A DNA stretch of 64,000 bases from an uncultured Candidatus Entotheonella sp. (GCA_965215335.1 CBDCDA010000002.1:800001-864000); one strand, 5' to 3'; numbered from the stretch's first letter, positions 49,387 to 60,610 are shown. Translations and numbers: made by a program. The notes: generated by a model not told the origin, from the letters alone.

Positions 49387-52300
49387 TGGGGAAGATCCTC
49401 CACGCTGCGCCGCGTCAGCATGACGTGGTCGAGCATGATGTGTCCCCAGCCGCCGGTTTCGTCGTCGAACAGTTCCAACTGTAGACGCTCGCCGGCGACA
49501 TCGGCCAAGGGATGGACGATCTGCCTGAACCGCTCGGTATTCCTGCCCCGCCAGACCGCGACTTCGTCACCGTCGGCCAACAGGCGCAGACCGACACCGC
49601 CACCCTCTCCGCCGGCGATCAGGAAGGTGAGATATTGGCCAGGCTCGGCAGTGAACGCCGGCGACAGCGCCCGCCCAGTCACCCGGTCTCCCTTGTCGGG
49701 GTGATAGCTCGTCAGGAAGCCTTGGCCCGTGTTGCCGCTGATCGGCTGCTGGCCTTTGTAATGCTCGTGTTGGGCATGGTTGACGACCGCTTCGCCCACC
49801 GGAAGCCAGCCGTCGAATCCGTCTTCGAAGTAGCCAATAAACTGCTGGGGAAGATCCTCCACGCTGCGCCGCGTCAGCATGACGTGATCGAGCATGATGT
49901 GTCCCCAGCCGCCGGTTTCGTCGTCGAACAGTTCCAACTGTAGACGCTCGCCGGCGACATCGGCCAAGGGATGGACGATCTGCCTGAACCGCTCGGTATT
50001 CCTGCCCCGCCAGACCGCGACTTCGTCACCGTCGGCCAACAGGCGCAGACCGACACCGCCACCCTCTCCGCCGGCGATCAGGAAGGTGAGATATTGGCCA
50101 GGCTCGGCAGTGAACGCCGGCGACAGCGCCCGCCCAGTCACCCGGTCTCCCTTGTCGGGGTGATAGCTCGTCAGGAAGCCTTGGCCCGTGTTGCCGCTGA
50201 TCGGCTGCTGGCCTTTGTAATGCTCGTGTTGGGCATGGTTGACGACCGCTTCGCCCACCGGAAGCCAGCCGTCGAATCCGTCTTCGAAGTAGCCAATAAA
50301 CTGCTCGCCAACGTAGAGATGACCGCCGAAACGCCATAAACTGCCTTCCCAGATGCGGCCCTCGCCGGGGACGTACTGGCCGGTTCTGATTGCCGCGATG
50401 TCGTAGTCTGGCAGCCTTCGACTCACCAGGCAGATACCTCCCTCAATGCGGCTGTATTTCCTGAAACTGAAGTCGAGGTTGTCGAAGCCGTACTGCTTGC
50501 GATGGTCGGGGAGGTCATCCACGTCAACCGGGTCGAGGTGCAGGAAGAACATTGCCTCAACGTCGTCCTGTTCGCACCGCTCCTTCACGTAGGTGAGGTG
50601 GTTTCCGATGAGGTACACGTCGAACGTGGAGGAGATTGCCGGCTGGGTGTCTCCGACCAGCCTTCTCAGGTGGTATTCAAGAAACGACATTGCCTCGACC
50701 CGCACCGGGGGAAGGGCATCGTGGGGCAGCACGAGGGCGTCCACGCATAACCCCGGCATGCAATCTTTGGCTTTGGTTGCCATTTCTTCCCTTTGCCCGA
50801 CCCAGGACCACACGATCAGTTCGTCCGGCGCGCCGTTCCTGACGAAGACCTGCGCCAACCGGCCGTCGACGAGGACGCCGATGTCGTCCGAACTGTAGGC
50901 GAAGTGTGGCTCCATTCGCTCCCAGAACCAAGCGGCAGGGTCAGCACTTCCAACGGCTTGGAAGGAGACAAGCTTGAACCTGATTTCGTTGCTACCATCG
51001 GGGTATGAAGCGCCCGCAAAAAGCGTATTATCGAAGTCAACTTCAGCCCTCATAGCATTGGCCAAGTGTGTTATCCGAAATTCTCTTCTGTAGAACGGCC
51101 TGAGTGCAAACTTACGGCGGATGTATCTGTCTGGATCTCCCGTTGTCACACGATGATAATCGTAGGAATTGGCCAAGCCGTCAAGGTTCACCACCGGAAA
51201 GCGCGAGAAGTACCCGATAACGCCGGCGTCCCACGACCCAATCACGCTGTCTTCGGGAAGCAAATGATCCATAACCTGCACGCCCATGTAAGAAGTAGTC
51301 TCCCATTCGCGCCAGGACGACTCGCTCGCCCCGTCAACGTACCGGAAGGGGTAGGTGAAATCCGCCTTTTCCAGAAGGAAAGCCGCGCCGAAAATGACAA
51401 TGCCCGCGCTTACGATGTTTGCCGCTTTGGGCAACCTCGCTCCAATGAAACGGTGGATGAGATGGATAGCGACAAAGCACCTTAATGGAACGATCAGCGC
51501 CATCATCAGGTACGCCGGGACGAAATACCAGTCATACCTTCCCCAAGCAGGATGTATGGTGAGAACGGTCTGTGCGAACTTGGCCAGATGACCGGCCGCC
51601 AGGCCGAACACGCCCACAAGGAAGGCCAGCAGCAGCCAATCTCCCTGGCTCTTGGAGCGTCGGACGGACCACCAGACCAGCAGCAGATAGGCGCAGACCT
51701 CCAGCGCAACCAGCCACTCGTAGTCGAAGACGTAAATCTGCAATACGTCCCGAAAGTTCCGGGCGAAGCTGTACCCGCCTTCCTGCCCAAACCTTATCTG
51801 TGACCAGACCTGCTTGGTCGCGCCGCTGACCGGCACGAGGCCGCCGAAGACGAGCTTGTTGTAGGCGAAGTATGCCAGGATGCCCGCCGCTGCGGCGAGA
51901 GATGGAACGACTGCCTTGAGGGCGAATATGGAACGAGAACGATGCAGCCGGGGACGGCCTTGCCATGACCACTCAATGAGGCACAATGCCGCTGTCGCTG
52001 CCAGCGATATGGCGACGTACTCCAGGCGCACCCAGGGCAGGGCAAAGGCGATGGTGACCAGCAGCCAGCGATACCGCGCCGGATTGCGCGCGTAGAGGCA
52101 TAACGCCAGTATCAGCAAGCCGAGCATGAACAGCGCAGCAGCCGCTTCCAACCCTTTGAATAAAGCGTGCATTTGGTAGGATGCCGGCAGAGCGAACAGC
52201 AACAGAATCCAGGGCAGCCGCGCCAGACGGGCGGCGACGGCGACGAGGGCGACGCCGCCAGCGGTGAGCATGATCTCGAACGCCTTGATGCCGAACAGCG

Positions 52301-52655
52301 CGGTCTCCTTATCGAATACCCAGTAGAATGGCGTGATCAGAAACAGCCAGATCGGGTGATATCCGTTGGTCCGGGTAATGCCGCCGTCAAAAGTCGAGAA
52401 TTTTCCCTTGGCCAGGTTGCTGGCGATCTGGAAGTAGTAGAAGGAATCATCGCCGTTTACGTCGCGGATAAGATTGATGAGATTGAAGCTGGCGAGCATG
52501 TGCCAGGCGAACGCGCCTCCATACGTCAGGATACCGCCGAGAAACAGGGCGAACAGCGTGTTATGCAGCCGAGTGGATATCACCCCTCCCCCGCCACCGG
52601 TCATATCCAGCCAACGGGCGGCCAGGGCGCGCCAGCGGTTAGTCGTCATGGTCAT
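49353..52655 (-). CDS. GT-C-like membrane glycosyltransferase B1 + domain X + two copies of domain Y
   Basis: Core nearly identical to B2; 1100 aa from MTMTTNRW. Confidence 0.78.
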   Translation of the reverse strand: MTMTTNRWRALAARWLDMTGGGGGVISTRLHNTLFALFLGGILTYGGAFAWHMLASFNLINLIRDVNGDDSFYYFQIASNLAKGKFSTFDGGITRTNGYHPIWLFLITPFYWVFDKETALFGIKAFEIMLTAGGVALVAVAARLARLPWILLLFALPASYQMHALFKGLEAAAALFMLGLLILALCLYARNPARYRWLLVTIAFALPWVRLEYVAISLAATAALCLIEWSWQGRPRLHRSRSIFALKAVVPSLAAAAGILAYFAYNKLVFGGLVPVSGATKQVWSQIRFGQEGGYSFARNFRDVLQIYVFDYEWLVALEVCAYLLLVWWSVRRSKSQGDWLLLAFLVGVFGLAAGHLAKFAQTVLTIHPAWGRYDWYFVPAYLMMALIVPLRCFVAIHLIHRFIGARLPKAANIVSAGIVIFGAAFLLEKADFTYPFRYVDGASESSWREWETTSYMGVQVMDHLLPEDSVIGSWDAGVIGYFSRFPVVNLDGLANSYDYHRVTTGDPDRYIRRKFALRPFYRREFRITHLANAMRAEVDFDNTLFAGASYPDGSNEIRFKLVSFQAVGSADPAAWFWERMEPHFAYSSDDIGVLVDGRLAQVFVRNGAPDELIVWSWVGQREEMATKAKDCMPGLCVDALVLPHDALPPVRVEAMSFLEYHLRRLVGDTQPAISSTFDVYLIGNHLTYVKERCEQDDVEAMFFLHLDPVDVDDLPDHRKQYGFDNLDFSFRKYSRIEGGICLVSRRLPDYDIAAIRTGQYVPGEGRIWEGSLWRFGGHLYVGEQFIGYFEDGFDGWLPVGEAVVNHAQHEHYKGQQPISGNTGQGFLTSYHPDKGDRVTGRALSPAFTAEPGQYLTFLIAGGEGGGVGLRLLADGDEVAVWRGRNTERFRQIVHPLADVAGERLQLELFDDETGGWGHIMLDHVMLTRRSVEDLPQQFIGYFEDGFDGWLPVGEAVVNHAQHEHYKGQQPISGNTGQGFLTSYHPDKGDRVTGRALSPAFTAEPGQYLTFLIAGGEGGGVGLRLLADGDEVAVWRGRNTERFRQIVHPLADVAGERLQLELFDDETGGWGHIMLDHVMLTRRSVEDLPQWKRRPSEKPE
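49387..50304. repeat. Tandem 459-bp in-frame duplication of domain Y
   Basis: Units 49387-49845 and 49846-50304 are nearly identical. Confidence 0.95.
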
Positions 52656-52669
52656 ATGATTCCTCCTGA

Positions 52670-54001
52670 TCACAATCCAATCCGCCGCGCCAGCGCGGAC
52701 TCGAACCTGGGCATATCCCCGGACGCTTCGGCACGGATCGCCTCGAAGATGCCCAGGCGGGGATAGCCCTCGCACACCCGCTCCGGCCGGCAGCAGGCGT
52801 CCTTGGCGAGATAGACGCGCCCGCCGTGCCGGTGGGTGATCTCGTCGAGATCGTCGAGCAGCGCCAGCGTGCCGCCCCGCAGCGGGAAGTCGAGCGCCAG
52901 CGTGTAGCCTTCCATGGGAAACGACATCAGCCCCTCCCCGACAGGGCCGAACAGCTTGAGGACCGCCAGGAACGATCCCTGCCCGGACGCGGCAATACGT
53001 TCCAGCAGGGCTGCCATACCGGCCGGGCTCTCGGCCTTGGGCAGCACGCACTGGTACTGGACGAACCCCTTGCGACCATAGAGACGGTTCCACGCGTCGA
53101 TGCGGTCGAGGGGGAAGAAGAACGACCCGAAATGGACCGGACGAGGCCCGCCACGCACCCGCCCGAGACGGTAGTACAGTGCGTTGAAGAGGCCGATCGA
53201 GGCGCGGTTGAGCAGACCGGACGGTGCGTCGACCGGAATGGTCAGTCGGCTCCCGGGGGCCGGGCGCAAGGGGTCGGACGCAAACGGTGGCGGCAGCGAC
53301 CCGGACGCCATGAATTTTCCGTGCATCACCAGCGCACGGCCGAGCTTGGCGCCGCGCGCCAGGCAGTCGATCCAGGCGACGCTGTACGGCCAATACCCGG
53401 ACGCCTCGACCAGTGCCAGCGTCGCGTCGAGGTCGCGTGCGGCCACGGTCTCCGCCAGGACGAAGGCCGTTTCGATTGGCTTGAGCCGGAAGCTCGCCGA
53501 CAGGATGACGCCGGTCAGCCCCATGCCGCCGAGGGTGGCGCGAAACAGGTCGGCGTTCTCTGTACGGCTGCAGGCGCGGATTTCGCCGTCCGCGGCGGCC
53601 AGGGTCAACGACTCCACGTGCGCGCCGAAGGTCCCGTCGCGGTGATGGTTCTTGCCGTGCACGTCGGCGGCAATCATGCCGCCGACGGTGACGAACTGCG
53701 TTCCCGGCACCACCGGCGGGAACCAGCCGCGCGGCACGAAGGTCGCCAGGATGTCCGAGAGCAGTACCCCGGCCTCGCAGGTGAGAAGGCCCGACTCGAC
53801 ATCGAATGCCTGCATGCGGTCCAGCGCCAGCATCGACAGCGTCAGGTCGGCGTTGAGCGCCGCGTCGCCGTAGGACCGCCCGTTGCCGCGGGCGATCAGG
53901 GTGGCGCTGCGACGGAACACGCCGGGCAGGGCCGCGACTTCGGGGAGACGCGCCAGCCGGCAGTCGATCACCGGATACCGGCCCCAGCCGGAAAGCATCA
54001 T
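52670..54001 (-). CDS. dprE1: DprE1-like FAD-linked polyprenylphosphoryl-ribose oxidase
   Basis: [70 protein letters not shown]. Confidence 0.9.
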   Translation of the reverse strand: MMLSGWGRYPVIDCRLARLPEVAALPGVFRRSATLIARGNGRSYGDAALNADLTLSMLALDRMQAFDVESGLLTCEAGVLLSDILATFVPRGWFPPVVPGTQFVTVGGMIAADVHGKNHHRDGTFGAHVESLTLAAADGEIRACSRTENADLFRATLGGMGLTGVILSASFRLKPIETAFVLAETVAARDLDATLALVEASGYWPYSVAWIDCLARGAKLGRALVMHGKFMASGSLPPPFASDPLRPAPGSRLTIPVDAPSGLLNRASIGLFNALYYRLGRVRGGPRPVHFGSFFFPLDRIDAWNRLYGRKGFVQYQCVLPKAESPAGMAALLERIAASGQGSFLAVLKLFGPVGEGLMSFPMEGYTLALDFPLRGGTLALLDDLDEITHRHGGRVYLAKDACCRPERVCEGYPRLGIFEAIRAEASGDMPRFESALARRIGL

Positions 54002-54126
54002 GGCGCCGGCTCCCGGAAGAAGAAGCGCCGGTCGAGCCGGTATCTGACGGCATATCCGACCGTGAGTCCGAGGACGGCACCGACGTAGCGCGAGAAGATG
54101 CCGGTCGTCAACATGCGGCGTTCCAT
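53998..54126 (-). pseudogene. Internally deleted GtrA-like flippase (42 codons)
   Basis: MERRMLTTGIFSRYVGAVLGLTVGYAVRYRLDRRFFFREPAP*: GtrA-like C-terminus in the usual slot between ubiA and dprE1; ATGA overlap with dprE1. Confidence 0.65.
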
Positions 54127-54142
54127 ACGCCCGCCGCCTGCG

Positions 54143-55611
54143 TCACAGCGCGGCCACGAACACGGCCAGGATGCCGAGGCCGGTCAGCCAGCTCGTCCGG
54201 TCGCCCAGCGCGAAGACCAGCGGGTCGTCAGCGACGGCCCCGCGGTTGGCGAGCAGCGTCATGCGTCCCAGCCAGTAGATGAGCAGCGGGCAGGCCAGCC
54301 ACAGGAACTCCGGCCGGGCGTAGCGCTCGCCCACCTCCGGGGCATGGACGTAGAGGGCGAGCACCACCGCCGAGGCAAAACTGCTGGCGGCGCCGAGCGC
54401 CGCCAGCACCGGGAGGTCTGCGGCCTGATAGGCGCGTCCACCGGGCGCCGACCGACCGGACGCGCGCAAGCCTTGCAGCTCGCCCTGGCGCTTGGCGATG
54501 GCGAGCGCCAGAAAGATGAAGACGGAAAAGGCAAGGAACCAGGGCGACAGCGTGACCGCTACGGCTGCCGCGCCGGCAAGGACACGGACCGTGTAGAGCA
54601 TGGCGAGCGTGACGGCATCGAGGAAGGTCTTGCGCTTGAGCGCCAGCGAGTAGGCAGACGTGACGGCCAGGTACAGGAGGACGTACAGCCCCGTCGCGGT
54701 GGACAGCCCGAAGGCCAACCCGAGGCCGCCCGCTGCCAGGGCCGCACCGAGGCCGCTCATCGGCAGCAGCGGCGTCTTTCCCGCCGCCATCGGACGATGG
54801 CGCTTGACAGCATGCTGGCGGTCGTGCGGGAGATCGAGCAGATCGTTCAGCAGGTACGTGCCCGACGCCAGGGCCGAGAACGCCGCGAACACCCCGGTCG
54901 TCACCAGGTAAGGCCCCGCCCCGGTCTCGTGCGTCGCGATGAGGGGGGCGAAGACGAGGACGTTCTTGACCCACTGATGCGGGCGCATGGCCCGCAGGCA
55001 GTCGAGCGGGCCGCCGCCGGGTCCGGGCAGGAAGCGGGCGTCGCCGTCCAGCGCCCGCACCTGGCGCGCGAGGCGCGCGGAGAGGCCGACCCCTATGGCC
55101 CGCCGCGCGTGTTTCCACACGGCCAGGTCGCGTCGCTCGTTTCCGACGTAGTCGAAGCCGCCCGCACCGAAGCGCTCGACCAGCGCGGCCGCCTTGGCTC
55201 GCCCGGCCAGGTTGGTGCGCCCGTCCGAGGCGAGGCACCCCGCCGCCCCGACGGTTTCGGCGAGCGGGGCGACCGCCTGCTCGTCGGCGGCCGAAGCCAG
55301 CCAGATCTCGCGCCCCGCCGCTCTGGCGGTGGCGATCTCATGCAACACCGCCGGGTTCAGCAGCAGCGTTGCCGGCGGCAACGCGACCGCCCGCGCGACC
55401 CGGCGCTTCAGGGCGGCGCGGCCTCCAGCGAGCCAGAAAGGCAGGGCAAACAGGTTGAGCGGGGAAGCGGCGAGCAGCCGGGCCGCGCCCTCGACCAGCA
55501 GGTCGCCGCTGACCAAAGAGCCGTCGACATCGACGACCAGCGGCACGGTGGGCGTCACATCCGGCCTGCGCTGTGTGGGGGGGGGGGGGTAGAATTCACG
55601 ATCCGATTCAT
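54143..55611 (-). CDS. HAD-like + UbiA polyprenyl-phosphate phosphoribosyltransferase (DPPR synthase/NoeC-like); 5' end shifted at a C13 tract (alternative GTG start 55558)
   Basis: VVDVDGSL, YVGN..DL.VW, MRPHQWVKNVLVF, YLLNDLLDL..DRQH..KRHRP.AAG, KR..EL, DDPLVFA. Confidence 0.88.
55577..55589. repeat. G13 homopolymer (C13 on the coding strand) in the 5' end of the ubiA-like gene
   Basis: CTGTGT-G13-TAGAATTC. Confidence 0.92.
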
Positions 55612-55639
55612 GGCGCGCCGCCTGGTAGCGGCAAGGCTC

Positions 55640-56623
55640 CTATGATAACGCTCGTGGGCGGAAGTGGCAGGCCACCCAGTGACCGTCCCCGATATGCTTG
55701 AACTCGGGGGCTTCTTCTTCACACACCTTCTCCTTGTACATGCAGCGGGTGTGAAAATGGCAGCCGCTGGGCGGGTCAATCGGGCTGGGCACGTCACCTT
55801 CAAGGATGATGCGTTTTTTCCTGACCGTCGGGTCCGGAATGGGGACGGCCGAGAGCAGGGCTTCCGTGTAGGGGTGCTGGGGATTGTTGTAGAGGTCGGT
55901 GTCGGAGGCCAGTTCGACGATCTGGCCCAGGTACATCACCGCCACACGGTCGCTGATGTGCTCGACCACGTTCAGATTATGGGCGATGAAGAGATAGGAA
56001 AGCCCGAACTCTTCCTGCAGGTCTTCGAGGAGGTTGATCACCTGCGCCTGAATCGACACGTCCAGTGCCGACACCGGCTCATCGCAGACGATCAGCTTGG
56101 GATTCAGGGCGAGGGCCCTGGCGATGCCGATCCGCTGTCGCTGGCCGCCGCTGAACTCGTGGGGGTATTTCCGCATGTCTTCGGCGCGCAGGCCTACCTT
56201 CTGCAGCAAGGAAGCCACCCGCTCGGTCTTGTCGCGGCCTCTGGCGATCCTGTGAATCTCCAGGGGCTCGCCGATAATGCTGCCGACCGTCATGCGCGGG
56301 TTGAGCGAGGCGTAGGGGTCCTGAAAGATGATCTGCATCTCCCGACGCAGGCTGCGCATGGCGTTCTTGTCCAGGGCGGTGACGTCCTGGCCTTCGAAGT
56401 GAATCTTGCCATCCGTCGGCTCGATCAGACGCAGAATGCTGCGCCCCGTGGTCGACTTGCCGCAGCCGCTCTCGCCCACCAGCCCCAGCGTCTCGCCCTT
56501 GTCTACCGTGAAGGAAACGTCATCGACCGCGTAGACGTGACCGATCGTCCGCGAAAATACCCCGCCCTTGATCGGAAAATACTTTTTGAGATGGGTGACC
56601 TCGAGCAGCGTTTCCGTCGCCAT
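55640..56623 (-). CDS. oppF: Peptide ABC transporter ATP-binding protein
   Basis: [41 protein letters not shown]. Confidence 0.94.
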   Translation of the reverse strand: MATETLLEVTHLKKYFPIKGGVFSRTIGHVYAVDDVSFTVDKGETLGLVGESGCGKSTTGRSILRLIEPTDGKIHFEGQDVTALDKNAMRSLRREMQIIFQDPYASLNPRMTVGSIIGEPLEIHRIARGRDKTERVASLLQKVGLRAEDMRKYPHEFSGGQRQRIGIARALALNPKLIVCDEPVSALDVSIQAQVINLLEDLQEEFGLSYLFIAHNLNVVEHISDRVAVMYLGQIVELASDTDLYNNPQHPYTEALLSAVPIPDPTVRKKRIILEGDVPSPIDPPSGCHFHTRCMYKEKVCEEEAPEFKHIGDGHWVACHFRPRALS

Positions 56624-56672
56624 GCCTTGGTTCTCCTTCAGGGGGGGCGCAGGCACCCTCTGGACATGCCTA

Positions 56673-57889
56673 GTAGATCGTCAATCTCTAATGACCGGAT
56701 ATAAGCTACGCAACTTGATCCGTGCATCAGCGGTGGTAAAGCGCCACTGAACCGGCTGGCTCGTTTGATTGCGGCGTTCGGTCCAGGCGCTTACTTGATT
56801 GTGCAGCGTGTCGATGTCAGCCACCCGGCGGGTCAAACACTGACGGGCCAACACGCTGAACTCCAACTCAGCCATGTTCAGCCAACTGCCATGTTTCGGC
56901 GTGTACACAAACGACAGCTTGTCCAACAATGCGCGCGCCTGCTCGGGCGCAAACGCCTTGTACAGCGAAGCACCGCTGTGGGTGCTCAGATTGTCCATCA
57001 CCAGCGTGATGTGCTGCGCCTGCGGATAGTCTTCTTCGACCAACCGGCGAACCCCTTCGGCCCAAGTCAGTGCCTTGTGGTCAGCAGCCACGTCGACCCG
57101 CCGCCAATCGTCAAAGGGCGCATAGTACATCAACAGATGACCCACCCCGTTGCGCTCATATTCGGCATCAAAGCGGGCCGTGTGACGCGGGCTCATCGGC
57201 AGCGGCGCCCGTACCTCCCGAACACACTGCTTGGTGGTCTCATCCATGCAGATTACCGGGTCGGCCGGGTCATACGGACGCGTGTACACGTCAAGGACGT
57301 GCTCCATCGCACACACGAATGCCGCGTCCTGCTGAGGCGCTATGCACCACATGTCCTGACGCCACGGCTTGAGTTCGTTTTTTTAGCACTTGGCGTACCG
57401 TTTCGTGCGATATCGTCTGCACGATCTGACGCCGTTTCAACTCATCGGCCAACAGATGCAAGGTCCACCGAGCGCGTCCGTCCGGTGGTTCGCCGCAGGC
57501 GAGGGCGATCAACTGCGCCTCGCCCACGCCATCAAGCACGGTTGCGCGCTCGCGGCTACGCTGGCGCCGCCCCAAGGCGGCCTCTAGACCTTCCAGCACA
57601 CAGCGCTTGCGCACCTGTTCCACCGTGGTCCGGTTCACCTCGACCTGCTCTGCCACCTCTCTGTCGAGCTTGCCCGGCCCGTGTTCTCCTTGGTCAGCCA
57701 GTAGCAGGATGTGTGCATGGCGGCGACGGTAGGCGGCCACTCGGCCCGTCTTTATCAGTTTCTCCAGTTCGATCCGTTCCACCGCACTCAAGCGGACCAC
57801 GAAGAGTTTCTTCACCTCATCCCCTCCCAGTGTGAATGTGACTCGCGGAGGGTTTGCTATTATGCTGGAAAATCTCATTGGAGAGCTAC
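56673..57889 (-). mobile_element. IS630-family element (transposase 56681-57815, -1 frameshift at A7)
   Basis: TIRs GTAGATCGTCAAT / ATTGGAGAGCTAC, TA duplication; ICMDE, VMDNL, PKHGSWLNMAELE. Confidence 0.92.
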
Positions 57890-58869
57890 TAGTGATTGAG
57901 CCAGCACGCCGAATGGTGATCGGGAGCCACCTGTTCCAGCGGGGGTTCCTGCGCCTGGCACTGTGGCATCACGCTCGGGCAGCGCGACGCGAACTTGCAT
58001 CCCGCCGGCAGGTTCGACAGGCTGGGGACGATGCCGGGGATTTCCTGCAGGCGCTGCTTGGCGCCGCTGGCATCCTTGTCCGCGCGGGGAAGGGACTGCA
58101 GCAGCCCTTGCGTGTAGGGGTGATTCGGCGACGCGAAGATGCGTTCCACCGGCGCTTGTTCCACAATCTTGCCGGCGTACATGACGACGACCTTGCGGGC
58201 CATCTCGGCAATGACGCCCAGATCGTGGGTGATCATGATGATGGCCGTTCCCAATTCCTCCTGGAGCGTGCGCATCAGGTCGAGAATCTGGGCTTCAATG
58301 GTGACGTCAAGGGCCGTTGTCGGCTCGTCGGCGATGAGGACTTTCGGGTTGCAACTCAGGGCCATGGCAATCATGGCGCGTTGGCGCATGCCGCCGCTCA
58401 GCTGATGCGGGTATTCGTGCACGCGACGCTCCGGCACCGGAATGCCCACCAGTTTCAGCGCCTCGACCGCCTTGGCCAGGGCGTCCTTCTTGTTCAGGCC
58501 CTGGTGCAGCCGAACGGCTTCGGTGATCTGGTTGCCGATGGTGAACACCGGATTCAGGGAGGTCATCGGCTCCTGGAAGATCATGGAAATGTCGTTGCCG
58601 CGAATGCGCCGCATGTCGGCTGAAGAGAGCTGCAACAGATCGGCGCCTTCAAAAATGATCTCGCCGGCGACGATTCTGCCGGGCGGGTCGGGAATGAGGC
58701 GCAGAACCGACAGGGCCGTGACGCTTTTGCCACATCCGGACTCCCCCACGACGCCCACGGTCTCGCCCTTTTCCAGCGAGTAGCTGACCCCGTCGACCGC
58801 CCGGGCAAGGCCGTCGTCGGTAAAGAACTGTGTCCGCAAGCCGCGAATATCAAGCAGCAATTCCTGCAT
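57889..58869 (-). CDS. oppD: Peptide ABC transporter ATP-binding protein
   Basis: [38 protein letters not shown]. Confidence 0.94.
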   Translation of the reverse strand: MQELLLDIRGLRTQFFTDDGLARAVDGVSYSLEKGETVGVVGESGCGKSVTALSVLRLIPDPPGRIVAGEIIFEGADLLQLSSADMRRIRGNDISMIFQEPMTSLNPVFTIGNQITEAVRLHQGLNKKDALAKAVEALKLVGIPVPERRVHEYPHQLSGGMRQRAMIAMALSCNPKVLIADEPTTALDVTIEAQILDLMRTLQEELGTAIIMITHDLGVIAEMARKVVVMYAGKIVEQAPVERIFASPNHPYTQGLLQSLPRADKDASGAKQRLQEIPGIVPSLSNLPAGCKFASRCPSVMPQCQAQEPPLEQVAPDHHSACWLNH

Positions 58870-59029
58870 GGGTGCCTCGTTCGAGCGTGAGGGGGGGATT
58901 CCGAAATGCGGGAACGAACAGGGTCTTCCTCATAACAACATAAACAACCGCCAGCGGGGAAGTCAACCGAGGTCCGGTACCGGTTGCTTCAGAATACGTT
59001 CGGGAGGGCAGCCGGCAGGCATCCGAACC

Positions 59030-60427
59030 TCAGCCCCAATATGAGATTTCGCCTTCGATGACTTTCTTGTTGAGCTTCTTGTCGAGGTGGAGGCCTTCCA
59101 AGACGAACTCGAGTCCCGAGGCCATCAGGGCCGGGCTCCTGGCGCAGCCGAGGCGTTGCATGAGCTTCGTCAGGCCGGTTACGTCCCTGGTGTTTTGCTT
59201 ATAGGCGGCGGTCGGCATCGTGTCGGATACTTCCAGGCTTTGCCCGAGGTCGAAATACTCGAGAACGTCGGCCAGATCCGAGGGGTCGAAATTGTGATTG
59301 AACACCTTGCGTACCGCCTGGCGGGTCAATTCGGCAACGACGTCACCCTCTTTGCCTTCTTCGACCGTTTCCAGCTCGATTTTGCCGCTGGAAGACGGCA
59401 TCAGCGCCGGCAGGTCGCTGATGCGGGGTACGGCCTCATCCTCGCGCAACAGCAATGAGCGGCGCAAGGCGTTGCTGATCAGGCTTTCATAGTTGGCGAT
59501 GGACATGCGCACGCTGACGCCCGAGCGCTGGTTGATGTCGCCGTGGTGACGCGCCAGATGGGTCATTTCAGCGACGATTTCCTTCATGAAGCGCGGTACC
59601 GTTACCTGCGAGCCGGCGCTGCCCAGCAAGGGTGAACGCTCTGCCTCCATGATGTCGATTTCGATGGAAACGTTTCTGGGGTAATGGGTGCGGATTTCGG
59701 CGCCATAGCGGTCCTTGAGCGGTGTGATGATGCGGCCGCGGTTGGTGTAATCCTCGGGATTGGCGCTGGCGACAACACAGATGTTCAGCGGCAGACGCGC
59801 TCGGAAGCCGCGAATCTGCACGTCGCGCTCCTGCATGATGTTGAACAGGCCGACCTGCAGTTTCTCGGAGAGATCCGGCAGTTCGTTGATACAGAAGATG
59901 CCTCGGTTCGTGCGTGGCACGAGGCCGTAGTGAATCACCATATCGTCGGAGAGATAGCGGCCCTCGGCCACCTTGATCGGATCCACTTCGCCGATCAGTT
60001 CCGGCGCCGTGACGTCCGGCGTGGCGAGCTTTTCGCTGTAGCGGTCCGCGCGGGCCAACCAGGCGATGGGCGTATCGTCACCCTCTTTGTCAAGCAACTC
60101 GATGGCGTACGTCGAAATCGGGTTCAGCGGGTCGTCGTTGAGGTCGCTGCCTTCCACGCATGGCACCCAGGGGTCGAGGAGCGAGGTGAGGCTGCGGATG
60201 AGGCGGGTTTTCGCCTGGCCGCGTTCACCGAGAAAGATCATGTCCTGGCCGGCGAGGAGGGCGTTTTGCACCTGGGGGATAACGGTTTCTTCGAATCCAT
60301 GAATGCCGGGAAAAAGCGGCTCGCGGTCCAGCATTTTCCGAATGAGGTTCTTGCGCATCTCCGCCTTGACGCCCAGCGGCGTGTAGCCTGTTTCCCTGAG
60401 CTTGCCCAGCGTGTCCACCTTGTTCAT
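59030..60427 (-). CDS. ChlI/magnesium-chelatase-like AAA+ ATPase
   Basis: GERGQAKT, RYSEKLATPD, INELPDL, ASANPEDYTNRGRIITPLKDR. Confidence 0.85.
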   Translation of the reverse strand: MNKVDTLGKLRETGYTPLGVKAEMRKNLIRKMLDREPLFPGIHGFEETVIPQVQNALLAGQDMIFLGERGQAKTRLIRSLTSLLDPWVPCVEGSDLNDDPLNPISTYAIELLDKEGDDTPIAWLARADRYSEKLATPDVTAPELIGEVDPIKVAEGRYLSDDMVIHYGLVPRTNRGIFCINELPDLSEKLQVGLFNIMQERDVQIRGFRARLPLNICVVASANPEDYTNRGRIITPLKDRYGAEIRTHYPRNVSIEIDIMEAERSPLLGSAGSQVTVPRFMKEIVAEMTHLARHHGDINQRSGVSVRMSIANYESLISNALRRSLLLREDEAVPRISDLPALMPSSSGKIELETVEEGKEGDVVAELTRQAVRKVFNHNFDPSDLADVLEYFDLGQSLEVSDTMPTAAYKQNTRDVTGLTKLMQRLGCARSPALMASGLEFVLEGLHLDKKLNKKVIEGEISYWG

Positions 60428-60610
60428 CTTGCGACCCCTTTGTCCACGCGACGGTACCGTTGCGGGTGACCTTCGGACGCATGCTGCCTGGCTTTGTTGC
60501 AGGCGACCGTACGGCAGGTATCTGGCGGCTTCTGCCGTGGCATGTCGAGTTGTTTCGAGCCATCGAAGGGCGACGCATGATACGTGAGGGATTCCAGAGC
60601 CGTCAAGCTG

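Noticed and set aside
52656..54080. 1575-aa and 1252-aa ORF calls as DprE1-GT fusions
   Set aside because: The N-terminal extensions are mostly off-frame read-through of upstream genes. The real starts are the RBS-preceded MTMTTNRW at 52655 and 45884.
59030..60427. Chlorophyll biosynthesis (magnesium chelatase)
   Set aside because: Only a ChlI-like AAA+ ATPase of the widespread non-photosynthetic type; no chlD/chlH or pigment genes nearby.
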